Assembly: GCA_039683575.1 (NCBI GenBank)
Contig: JBDKRC010000034.1
Location: forward strand, 1 to 15,772
DNA: 15,772 nt
Direction: 5' to 3'
Origin: Armatimonadia bacterium
GTDB taxonomy: Bacteria; Armatimonadota; Zipacnadia; Zipacnadales; UBA11051
Part shown: positions 7,501-14,545 of the stretch, piece after piece
Layout: each line of letters opens with the position of its first letter
How positions within the stretch are numbered: position 1 is the stretch's first letter
The notes under the pieces: generated by a model
Seen by the model: only the letters and a program-made list of their open reading frames with translations
Database searches by the model: none
What the model was told of the DNA's origin: nothing
Translations under genes and position numbers: made by a program

Positions 7501-9183
7501 CGCCACCTCCTTGGCCTTCCCCGCGAGCAGCCCCACCGGCACCAGCGCCACGCTCTGCATGACGCACGCCTCGCCGCCCTCCGGCGTCGCCTGCACGCTC
7601 ACCACGCTCCCCGGCTTCAGGTCCGCCTGCCCAAAGTTGATCCAATACCACCCATAGTCATCCGCCGTAAGCTGTGCGGTCCCGAGCGCCTTCCCCTCCA
7701 CCGCCACCGCCAGCTTCCCCTGTCCCGTATGCTCATCCAGAGCCCGCACCAACACCGCATACCGACCCTTCTGCCCCGCAAACCTGGTCTTGACGGTGCC
7801 CTGCCCCTCGGCCACCGGCACCTGCACGATGCCCGGCAAAACATCCACTCCCGCCCAATACACATCGGTCGCAAACGGGAAATCCGCCGTCGTCGCCGCG
7901 CGATTCTCAACTCGCAACGTAATCGTCGCCTTGCCACTCGTGGGAGGGGCCACTGGCCCCGACGCAGCGCCCGTGGGAGGGGGCACTGACCCCGACCCGG
8001 GCATCTCCACCATCACAAACCGCCGCGTTGCCGGGTTGGGATTCATCCCCAGCACATCCTCCTCCCACACCACCTTCCCATTCACGAGCACCTGCTTGAA
8101 CCGCACGTCCTTCAGCTTGTTCTCCCGCGTGGACACCCGCTTGTCGCCCACCATCGTCGGGTCCATGCCTCCGCAGTAATCATCCGAATTGTAGAACCGC
8201 AAGTACGCTCCGCCCGCCGGAAGCGTCACCGTCCGCGTCGCCTCCACAAAGCTCCCCGCCGCCGCCGGCTCGTCCGCATGAGACATCGTCATCACGCCAC
8301 GCCGGTCCGTCTTGCAGCCAAACGGCCCCTTGCTTGTGATCTTCCATCCCTCGTCGCTCAGCGGCAGCGACCCCACCGCCCGCGGCGCCAGCAGTATCTC
8401 ACCAAGCTCCGCCGCGAAGTTCGCCGGCACTACCCGCGCCCGCGGCGCCGGCCAATTCGGCGCCACCGAACACGCATACGCCATCAAATTCGCCAAAAAC
8501 GCGCTGCTCGTCCCCGGCTGCCCCTTATCATCATTGATGAACCCATACTCCGGGATCATCTGGCAAAACACTACTCGGCCCTTGCCCACCGGTATCTCCA
8601 CCAGACCATAGTGCGGCCCCTTGCTCGCTGCCACGTTCTTGTCCCAGTTCTGCTCGTCGCCGGTACTAACCAGCGGCACCGCTCCCTGCGGCAGTTCATG
8701 GAAAGCCCGGTAGATGCTCCCGCCATGCACCTTCGCGAGGTCACCCTTCCCGAACTTCCGGGGCAGGTTGAACACCGCATGCTCCGGCTTGAGCACCTCG
8801 CCCAGCGCATAGGCCTTATCCATTTTGAGGCCGGACAGACCCGTATTCGGGTCTGCGAGCCACTGCGGCTCCTGGTTCATGCGCATGCAAAGCAGTACCC
8901 CACCAGTCCGCAGGAAGGCCTGCACCCGCTCCGGCGCCAGGTTCAGCGCATTCTGATCCACATCCATCCCCCAGACCACCACCTGGCTATCAAACAGCGA
9001 CACCTTCCGACTCGAATAGTCCCCCGGTGCTGCCAGCTTGTACTCCACCCCAAGCCCCGTCAACCCCTTCGCCGTAGTCCCACCGGCATCATCAAACAGA
9101 GTCACCCGCACCTCCGCCGCCTCCCCCAGCCCCATCACCATCACGACCAGCAAGCTGACCAGACACCGCAAAAAAGTCCGCAT
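4537..9183 (-). CDS. Large secreted multidomain protein (1548 aa) with a PcRGLX/YetA-like exo-rhamnogalacturonan lyase-type module
   Basis: Likely start is ATG 9183 (GAGGGTGG RBS, signal peptide MRTFLRCLVSLLVVMVMGLGEAA). Motifs GMPFAYGAV, VPLQTRVLAKWPDGSFKWVL, INTGPLQATI, VVEAGPMRA, YGVENFGD, WSNQEYD, HYRDVD and SHSWVEG..YYFMTGDPR match the PcRGLX/YetA (PL26-like) architecture as I recall it. CBM-like beta domains flank the module. Substrate is inferred. Confidence 0.8.
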   Translation of the reverse strand: MRTFLRCLVSLLVVMVMGLGEAAEVRVTLFDDAGGTTAKGLTGLGVEYKLAAPGDYSSRKVSLFDSQVVVWGMDVDQNALNLAPERVQAFLRTGGVLLCMRMNQEPQWLADPNTGLSGLKMDKAYALGEVLKPEHAVFNLPRKFGKGDLAKVHGGSIYRAFHELPQGAVPLVSTGDEQNWDKNVAASKGPHYGLVEIPVGKGRVVFCQMIPEYGFINDDKGQPGTSSAFLANLMAYACSVAPNWPAPRARVVPANFAAELGEILLAPRAVGSLPLSDEGWKITSKGPFGCKTDRRGVMTMSHADEPAAAGSFVEATRTVTLPAGGAYLRFYNSDDYCGGMDPTMVGDKRVSTRENKLKDVRFKQVLVNGKVVWEEDVLGMNPNPATRRFVMVEMPGSGSVPPPTGAASGPVAPPTSGKATITLRVENRAATTADFPFATDVYWAGVDVLPGIVQVPVAEGQGTVKTRFAGQKGRYAVLVRALDEHTGQGKLAVAVEGKALGTAQLTADDYGWYWINFGQADLKPGSVVSVQATPEGGEACVMQSVALVPVGLLAGKAKEVAGATGSPLYKPTKAPVRATFPVLVAGPENYKASGEVVSGGMPFAYGAVKAEENIRLLNDQGREVPLQTRVLAKWPDGSFKWVLFSFPTAPGEVRCEYGTQVKRAPVEGLGVTVKETADSIAINTGPLQATISKKGGGLLSGLKVDGEELGLTGSGWDLWVTAEDGTVYSSAGETVSRCEVVEAGPMRAIVRRVGRLKAVQGGQDFLEYDVTEEFYANSGVVRVQPVITHKEASAEEKLLTVNYSLSMGAKAIWMDGQRVEKGGLLQKDDQTAEFVGVRDGKEVRGTEKRYQGQVRLVGKGMTMDLVPRWFWQMYPKRVVATPGGIELSLVAAEKDKPFVLHQGQALWNDFALVFGDNAGETPALREGPREGEFDAVASPAVATAEPGYVASTLALGEFAAADEALFPEYEQSVESVYKGYLSKREARREYGVENFGDDTFEWGYGPSYTFWSNQEYDHHYGMLMQFLRSGDYRWWEIADEGSRHYRDVDCYHWAPGREYLVGAPHHHNSSHIVEKGWVADHTVAGAHNSHSWVEGVIAYYFMTGDPRSYEVYNAMGDWYCYTVANNQYGAGGQERGPGWTLVALSALYDGTYDEKYREAGTKVIDWVRSVQDPVRGVISVPISEQPSYEGGTAFMHGIVARGAGRWYEATGDVRAKEAVLGIADWLTTEAMGPNALFYYKQAPTQKHGYSASEWQCFTALSYAARYGDQQWYGPLTEEHYNQGRAGTRSIAWAPQSLGHLLPYFTPIRVRLVTPQAVLSPDQPAEIKLQVVNTTDKALAIEVKGLAVPAGLTLEVPAKVTIEPSKVTELVCRLSTKKGEERTGEVRLEIKAGETRREYALPVKVVAKLVQVEKGAGEGKAQAPFVLIKQTPPAVGVVRDATFTGNPRQPGERAGWVEWQVSVPVDGVYYFGAECWWPDDKGNSLFLQVDDGAEGTFGNDGVMGRWHWVRHAEGVRLAAGEHVVRLINREDGGLVRRIVVTNVEGRLGN
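6411..6432 (+). repeat. Intragenic GTAG REP-like palindrome
   Basis: GTAG-T-GCGGGCG-TCT-CGCCCGC. 6408-6432 is 24/25 identical to intergenic 815-839, and the hairpin is identical to 13301-13317 (- strand). Confidence 0.85.
7940..7996 (+). repeat. Intragenic tandem pair of GTGG REP-like palindromes
   Basis: GTGGGAGGGGCCACTGGCCCCGAC (7940-7963) and GTGGGAGGGGGCACTGACCCCGAC (7973-7996), 33-nt period. Same frame GTGGGA-GGGG...CCCC-GAC as intergenic 9214-9238. Confidence 0.8.
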
Positions 9184-9213
9184 AGTACCACCCTCAAGAA
9201 TCTCGAATGCCGT

Positions 9214-9238
9214 GTGGGAGGGGTCTCCAGACCCCGAC
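9214..9238 (+). repeat. Intergenic GTGG REP-like palindrome
   Basis: GTGGGA-GGGGTCT-CC-AGACCCC-GAC. Confidence 0.75.
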
Positions 9239-9281
9239 CCTCGTCCACCACCAGCGCCGCCCGTACGACCACCCCTCCGCT

Positions 9282-9327
9282 GTAGGGCCGGGGCTCGTAC
9301 CCGGCCGGCCGTTATCACCGACCAACC
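9282..9327 (+). repeat. 46-nt GTAG hairpin plus conserved-tail element
   Basis: GTAG-GGCCGGG-GCTCGTA-CCCGGCC-G-GCCGTTATCACCGACCAACC. A second copy is on the - strand at 13244-13289. Confidence 0.8.
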
Positions 9328-9435
9328 CTCCGCCGCGACCCTCGTGGCCGCCCCTCCAACCTTCCCCGCTCTGCCCCAAACTTCCTGCGCCTGCAGGCTC
9401 CTCATCCCTCCCGACGAACCCAACCTCACCGGAGG

Positions 9436-9870
9436 CCCCAATCTGGGGATAACGCGCGATGGGGGCGTTTGGGCGGGATATCTGCATTGTTATCAGAACA
9501 GTTAGGCGAAAAACGGGGGCTGGTGCCGAGGGGGCGAAGGCTCTCGGGAAGACGGTCAGATCTGAGGGATGATCGGCGCTATGGGGCTGTGAGTGGGTGC
9601 TGCGGGCATTGTGGACTATTCAACGAAAACCTTAAATAGTGCCTCAAAACGCCTGTCAGGGCCGTCGAACATCTGTGCACACATGAAAATGGCTCTCAGA
9701 GCCCCGTAGAGGGCACTGAGAGCCATTTTGCCATTTCCTGCGAGTCCCAGATGAACAGCGATTCCGGGGCCCAAATGTTGGCTATTGCAGCTTCACAAAG
9801 GTAGGTCAGCGACTAACCAACTCATCCCCGCCGCACCCACTTTGGTATCGATTTCGACCTCTGATTGAGC
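9436..9870. other. GC-skew switch region; candidate replication origin
   Basis: The + strand is C-rich to the left and G-rich to the right regardless of gene strand. The region is non-coding and less GC-rich, with DnaA-box-like TGGGGATAA (9444-9452, 8/9), TGTGGACTA (9610-9618, 7/9) and CTGTGCACA (9673-9681). Confidence 0.5.
9686..9729 (-). terminator. Long hairpin, probable (bidirectional) terminator downstream of 9872-13138
   Basis: AAAATGGCTCTCAG-A-GCCC-CGTAGA-GGGC-A-CTGAGAGCCATTTT: 14-bp perfect stem, one mismatch, 4 further bp; ends in T4 on both strands. Confidence 0.65.
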
Positions 9871-9871
9871 G

Positions 9872-12800
9872 TTACTGTACCACTGTCAGTGCTTGCTGCT
9901 TGCTCAGACCCGAGGCGAGTTCCTTCGCCTTGATCTGCCATGTTCCGGTCGGGTCGTTGGAGGCGATGTCGAGGTGCATAGTCGCCTTACCATTCCTGGC
10001 TCCATAGTACCCACTGAACTCGGCCTGCTGACCCTTCGAGTCGGTGACCTGGAGCTGGACGGGAACCACTGCGGACAGCGGCTGGCCCTTGGCATCCAGC
10101 ACCGCGACCACAACATCAACCCCGCCACCGCGCTTGACCCTGGCCGGAGCGGTGACCTTGACCGAGGCCACCGGGGCCGGGGTGATGAGGAAGACCTTGC
10201 CGTCACCGGGGCCGAAGCTCGCATCGAACTGCATGCCGCCGGCGACCGGCTTTGAGGGCACCGCGCAGTGCTTGACGAGGTCATAGATCGTCCCACCCTT
10301 GAGGGCGACCCAGAGGCGGGAGGACAGCGGCAGGCCCTTCTCCATGACCTTGCCGTGGTGGCCGACGTAGTCGCCGAACTCCCGCTTGTCATTGAGGGCG
10401 AAGAGGTAGTCGCTGCTGCCATACTGGCGGAAGCGGAGCACAATGTCGGCCTCCAGCGAGTCGCCGTAGCGGCTGTAGAAGGGATCAAGCTCCTTGCGCA
10501 GGGCCGCTGCCTTGGCCTGCAGGGCCGCCTTGTCCTGGTCGGCCTTGCCGGTGCGCTTGGCGGTTGAGACTACGATGTCGGGCAGGATAGCCGGGCAGAG
10601 GTACTCGTCGGCAACTACGATGCCGCCGCGCTTTTGGAAGGCCTTGATCCTGTCTACCACGCCCTGGGTGAGCACATCGCAGTAGGGCATGACGAGGACG
10701 CGGTAATCATCGAGGCCGTCGCGCATGATGGTTTCATCGAAGAGGATGCGAGGCTGCAGGTGGGCCCACTGCAGGATCAGGTGCATGTCGGCTTCCCACG
10801 AACTGCTCCAGCCATACGAGCCGCGGCCGGCGAAGATCTGGGAGGCGGCGCTTTCGAGCATCGCCACATCGGTCTTGCGGTCCGGCACCTGCAGCAGCGT
10901 CGGGCCGAGCGGGCGGACGACGTTGTGGGTCAGGTCAGTGAGCACGTTCTGGGTCTCGGGGTTGGTGAAGACATAGCCCTTGGTGGCGCCGATGTCCACG
11001 AGGGAGCCCCAGCCGTGGTACATGATGCCGCGGATGGGGCGGGAGATCTTCGACCAGAAGGCCTCGCGCATGTGATCCGGGGCGATGGTGATGAACGCGG
11101 CCTCCTCGGCGTTGGGCAGCTTCTTCTCCCAATCCTTGCGGTCAGCTTCGTTGTCCGGCGGCTTGGGAGCGGTCTGGGAGCGGTACCAGATGATCTGCGT
11201 CATCTTCATGACTTGCTGGCCTGGCTTGCCGCCAGCCATCGCAAAGAGTTCGTCGGTGGCCTGACCGATCTTGATTGGATCGGGATAGGAGTAGGTCCAC
11301 TGGGAGATGACATCAACATCGCCGCCGCTGCCCCAGATGTCCGGCACGCGGACGGCGGGGTCGAAGAAGGTGAAGAGGTCCTTGCGGCCAGTGGACTTGA
11401 TGCCATTGGAGAGCTGGCTATGCAGGGGGTTCCAGCCATCTCCGTCTTTCCAGAACCATTTGTAGAAGGTCAGGAGCTTGTAGTCATCGGGGATGACGCG
11501 ATTGGCCGGGAAGCCCTTGAGAGCGCGGTAGTTGACGCCGTTCTTGCCGGCGGCTTCGGCGGGAATGTCGAAGCCGGAGAAGGCTTTGAAGGCGGCTTTG
11601 TCATGCTCGTGGAAGCACAGGTCGGAGCCGTCGCGGACCTCAGAGTGGATCAGGGCAGCGGTGAGGGCGGGGTACTGGCCGAAGGTCTGGGCGATGGACG
11701 CGCCTACGTTATAGCAGAACTGGCGAACCTCGGGGAAGTTGCCGCAGACGTTGTCATTGGCGCGCACGACGCCGAGGCGGTCTACGCGATTGTACTTGGC
11801 CTTGCGCTCGGGATCACGGGTGACCCAGGTTCCGGGATGGGCGTAGACGGCACCGTTGAGACCGTTCTTGAGATAGTCGTCGAGGGTCTTGCCACTCTGC
11901 TCGATACCGTCCGGGGTCGCGCAGGGGCCGGGCGTGCCGCGCTTCCAGATGAGTTCGTCGTTGGCGAGGCCGATCAGGTTGTGAGTGAAGCCGATGCTCT
12001 TGAGGCGCTCAATATCGCCGGTGCCCCACATGACCACAGGCATCTGATTGGGCAGCGGGCGCGGCGTGATCGTGAGCGGGATTTCCTTCTCGATGCGGAC
12101 GGGCTGGCCGTTGCTGACCGCCGTGGCGAGGGCCTTGAGGTCGTAGGTGCCGGGGCGGACGGTGGTGTCCAGAGCGAGAGGAATGGAGGTCTCACCGTTG
12201 GGGGCGAGGTCGGGAATGGTGACGTTTTTGGTGACTCCGCCAAAGGTGACCTGAACCTTGCCATTGGTCATGGGCGTAGGGGAGTCGTTGGCGATCTGCA
12301 GAGCCAGGTTGACGTTCTTCTCCATGCGCACATAGGCGCTGCGGGCGCGGCCGAGGCCGACGATGAGCCCGCCGGAGAAGTAGGGGACGATGCCCTTGGA
12401 GACGCGGACCTGGGCGAGGTAGCCGGGGAAGCCGGAGTGCGTGCTGCCGAAGCGGTCGCCGATGACGAGACCATTGGTGCCGTTGGTGACAGGGCCGCGG
12501 TCCTCAAGGAGTTGCTTGGAGACCAGCTTGCCATCGAGGAAGAAGCGGACGCGGCCGGCGCCATCGTAGGTCATGGCGGCGTGCATCCACTTGCCGGGCT
12601 CGACATCAAAGACAGGACCGGTGAGGAAGGCGGAGTCTTTGCCGAAGCCAAGAGAGGACATGAAGCGGCGCTTGTTCTCGCCGGCTCTGGCGAGGTAGAA
12701 GCTGTAGTCCCAGTTGGCCTGGGGGAGGTCCTTGGCGTATGGGTAGTTCTTCTTGTCGAAGAAGTAGATGTTCTCCCACTTGTTGGCGTCGGGCTTGAGC

Positions 12801-13138
12801 ATGAACCAGGCTTCGAGGGTGAAGGCGCCAGCGGGGGTGAGATCATCTTTGTCCGCCGCAATGGCGCCCTGCTCCTTGTCGCTTTCGGTGTTGGCGCCGA
12901 AGGACTCGAGCGCGCCGCCGAAGGGGCCCTCTTTCACGACCACGGACTGGCTGCGGAGCTTGAGGTCGTGGCCGTGGCCGGAGACGTCCTTGAGTTCCTG
13001 TCCGGGCTGGAACTGCCAGAGGGCGATGACGTTGTCGCCGGTGGCCTCGGCGCCGGTGTAGAGCTGTTGCCAGGGCTCGGCGGCGAAGGCGGAGGTTACG
13101 GCGAGGAGTACGGCCAGGATTGGGATCAGGTTTCGCAT
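9872..13138 (-). CDS. Secreted LamG-jellyroll / GH42-like glycoside hydrolase-type protein (1088 aa)
   Basis: Likely start is ATG 13138 (CAGGAG RBS, signal peptide MRNLIPILAVLLAVTSAFA). LamG motifs DVSGHGHDL, AFTLEAW, WMHAAMTYDG..RFFLDG; beta-galactosidase trimerisation-like YRVLVMPYCDVLTQGVVDRIKAFQKRGGIVVAD; C-terminal Ig-like ASNDPTGTWQIKAKELASG. Confidence 0.8.
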   Translation of the reverse strand: MRNLIPILAVLLAVTSAFAAEPWQQLYTGAEATGDNVIALWQFQPGQELKDVSGHGHDLKLRSQSVVVKEGPFGGALESFGANTESDKEQGAIAADKDDLTPAGAFTLEAWFMLKPDANKWENIYFFDKKNYPYAKDLPQANWDYSFYLARAGENKRRFMSSLGFGKDSAFLTGPVFDVEPGKWMHAAMTYDGAGRVRFFLDGKLVSKQLLEDRGPVTNGTNGLVIGDRFGSTHSGFPGYLAQVRVSKGIVPYFSGGLIVGLGRARSAYVRMEKNVNLALQIANDSPTPMTNGKVQVTFGGVTKNVTIPDLAPNGETSIPLALDTTVRPGTYDLKALATAVSNGQPVRIEKEIPLTITPRPLPNQMPVVMWGTGDIERLKSIGFTHNLIGLANDELIWKRGTPGPCATPDGIEQSGKTLDDYLKNGLNGAVYAHPGTWVTRDPERKAKYNRVDRLGVVRANDNVCGNFPEVRQFCYNVGASIAQTFGQYPALTAALIHSEVRDGSDLCFHEHDKAAFKAFSGFDIPAEAAGKNGVNYRALKGFPANRVIPDDYKLLTFYKWFWKDGDGWNPLHSQLSNGIKSTGRKDLFTFFDPAVRVPDIWGSGGDVDVISQWTYSYPDPIKIGQATDELFAMAGGKPGQQVMKMTQIIWYRSQTAPKPPDNEADRKDWEKKLPNAEEAAFITIAPDHMREAFWSKISRPIRGIMYHGWGSLVDIGATKGYVFTNPETQNVLTDLTHNVVRPLGPTLLQVPDRKTDVAMLESAASQIFAGRGSYGWSSSWEADMHLILQWAHLQPRILFDETIMRDGLDDYRVLVMPYCDVLTQGVVDRIKAFQKRGGIVVADEYLCPAILPDIVVSTAKRTGKADQDKAALQAKAAALRKELDPFYSRYGDSLEADIVLRFRQYGSSDYLFALNDKREFGDYVGHHGKVMEKGLPLSSRLWVALKGGTIYDLVKHCAVPSKPVAGGMQFDASFGPGDGKVFLITPAPVASVKVTAPARVKRGGGVDVVVAVLDAKGQPLSAVVPVQLQVTDSKGQQAEFSGYYGARNGKATMHLDIASNDPTGTWQIKAKELASGLSKQQALTVVQ

Positions 13139-13166
13139 TTTGTTTGGGCTCCTGTGAGGCTGGGGC

Positions 13167-13334
13167 GGTTGGTTAGTCGGTGATAGTCGCGATCGGTGAT
13201 CGCTCGTACAGATGGTTCTAGTAAGGAAGGTATGTGGTGCGGCGGTTGGTCGGTGATAACGGCTGGGCCGGCTGAAGCCCGGCCCCTCCGAACGGCGGGA
13301 GCGGGCGAGACGCCCGCGCACCTACGGCAACGGC
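13167..13334 (-). repeat. Cluster of REP-like elements on the - strand
   Basis: Read on the - strand: GCCGTTGCC-GTAG-GTGC-GCGGGCGTCTCGCCCGC (13334-13301); GGAG-GGGCCGG-GCTTCAG-CCGGCCC-A-GCCGTTATCACCGACCAACC (13289-13244); variant tail TATCACCGACTAACCAACC (13185-13167). Confidence 0.8.
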
Positions 13335-13346
13335 TACGGCGGGCGG

Positions 13347-14336
13347 CTATTGGAGGACCTGGATGGTTACTGGCTTCCAGATGCCGCCGGCGAAGGCGCT
13401 GTCTGAGACGCGGATTGTTATCTGGTTCTTTTCGCCCCACTTGAGCTCTTTGGTTACGTCCAGCGCAAACGGGATGTTCCAGCCCTCGGTGCCGAGGTCG
13501 TGCTGGCCTATGTACTGGCCGTTGAGCCAGACCCAGGCGATTTCGTCTACGCCGCCGAAGGCCAGTTCCGTGCCGAGTTGCTGGGGCTTGGCCGGGAGGT
13601 CGAAGGTGGTGCGATACCACGCTATGCCGTCGTAGGGGCCAATCTGCTCTTCCCAGGTGGCAGCGATCTTGATGGGCTTCCAGGCGGAGTCGTTGAACGC
13701 GGGCTCGAACCACTTTTGCAGGTGGCCGGTCTGCTTGGGATCGGTCTGGAGACGCCAGCCCTCGGTGGGGAGGGGGATGGTCTGGACGATTTTGATCTCG
13801 TGGTCCCAGTCCTTGCGGTCACGCAGGGAGATGTTCTCGCGGAAGAAGGGCCAGACGGCCTGGGCGGCTACCTCTCGGACCTGCTGCGATTCATCCTGGC
13901 GAGCGCCCTCGAGGAGGGTGTTGAGCTCCTGGGTGCGGGGCTTGAGGTTCACGAGCAGGTTGATGGCGGTGAGGCGGACGAGGGGGTCGGTGTCCTTCAT
14001 GGCTTTGGTGAGGTGCGGGAGGCTCTCGGCGGTGGGCGGGTCGCAGAGGGTCGCGAGGGCCGAGCGGCGGACGAGGACGTCGTCGTTGTCGAGAGCGGGA
14101 ATGAGAGCCGCGCGGGCCGGAGCGCCGAGGTCCACCAGGAGGCGAACAGCGGTGCGGCGGACGACGAGGTTCTCGTCCTGCAGGGCCGCCGAGAGTGTGG
14201 GTATGGCGGCAGCGCCCTGGGTGGAGCACTTGAGCAGGGCGGCGCGGCGCTCGGCCGGTGATTGGGCCGGAGCGGCGGCAGAGAGGGTGGCCGCGAGTAT
14301 GGCTACGAGGACCAAAAGGTACGAGGTGGTTTTCAT
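13347..14336 (-). CDS. Secreted HEAT-repeat protein fused to a GH2 N-terminal-like sugar-binding domain (329 aa)
   Basis: Likely start is ATG 14336 (AGGAAG RBS, signal peptide). Four HEAT/PBS-lyase repeats (LQDENLVVRRTAV, LDNDDVLVRRSAL, MKDTDPLVRLTAI, QDESQQVREVAA). C-terminal YDGIAWYRTTF, LAFGGVDEIAWVWLNGQYIGQH, GEKNQITIRV and GGIWKPV. Confidence 0.88.
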   Translation of the reverse strand: MKTTSYLLVLVAILAATLSAAAPAQSPAERRAALLKCSTQGAAAIPTLSAALQDENLVVRRTAVRLLVDLGAPARAALIPALDNDDVLVRRSALATLCDPPTAESLPHLTKAMKDTDPLVRLTAINLLVNLKPRTQELNTLLEGARQDESQQVREVAAQAVWPFFRENISLRDRKDWDHEIKIVQTIPLPTEGWRLQTDPKQTGHLQKWFEPAFNDSAWKPIKIAATWEEQIGPYDGIAWYRTTFDLPAKPQQLGTELAFGGVDEIAWVWLNGQYIGQHDLGTEGWNIPFALDVTKELKWGEKNQITIRVSDSAFAGGIWKPVTIQVLQ

Positions 14337-14444
14337 GGGTTGCACTTCCTGAACGGCCTGATGGGAGGCGAGATGGTGGGAGAGTTCGAGGGGAGAGGGG
14401 GAGGGTCCTTCTTTTTCTGCGGCGGGGGAGGCAAAGGCATGCAA

Positions 14445-14476
14445 AGGATGATGAGGATGAGAAGGATGTTAAGGAG
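14445..14476 (+). repeat. AGGAT motif with 9-bp periodicity
   Basis: AGGAT at 14445, 14454 and 14463; AGGAG at 14472. Confidence 0.55.
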
Positions 14477-14545
14477 GAAGGCCCGAAGAACTTGGGCGGG
14501 CAGGTGGCAGGCGAAGGCTCAGGCAGGTAACGAGCAGCCGAGGTA

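Noticed and set aside
9311-9320. TATCACCG resembles a lambda operator half-site
   Set aside because: No dyad partner and no phage genes; it is part of the repeat tail.
9184-9441. N-terminal extension of the 1634-aa ORF
   Set aside because: It is translated repeat DNA (WSVITAG also appears in the ORF at 13196-13444). An RBS and signal peptide mark ATG 9183 as the start.
9436-9870. Replication terminus / dif site
   Set aside because: Skew polarity is origin-type under the usual G-rich leading strand, and no TTATGTTAAAT-like XerD arm is present. It is not fully excluded if this lineage has inverted skew.
10634-13183. 849-aa ORF on the + strand
   Set aside because: Antisense shadow of the LamG/GH42-like gene, expected from high-GC codon bias; no recognisable motifs.
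13139-13321. N-terminal extension of the 1149-aa ORF
   Set aside because: It runs through the REP cluster. CAGGAG and a signal peptide mark ATG 13138.
14337-14444. N-terminal extension of the 365-aa ORF
   Set aside because: Low-complexity intergenic sequence; the signal peptide begins at ATG 14336.
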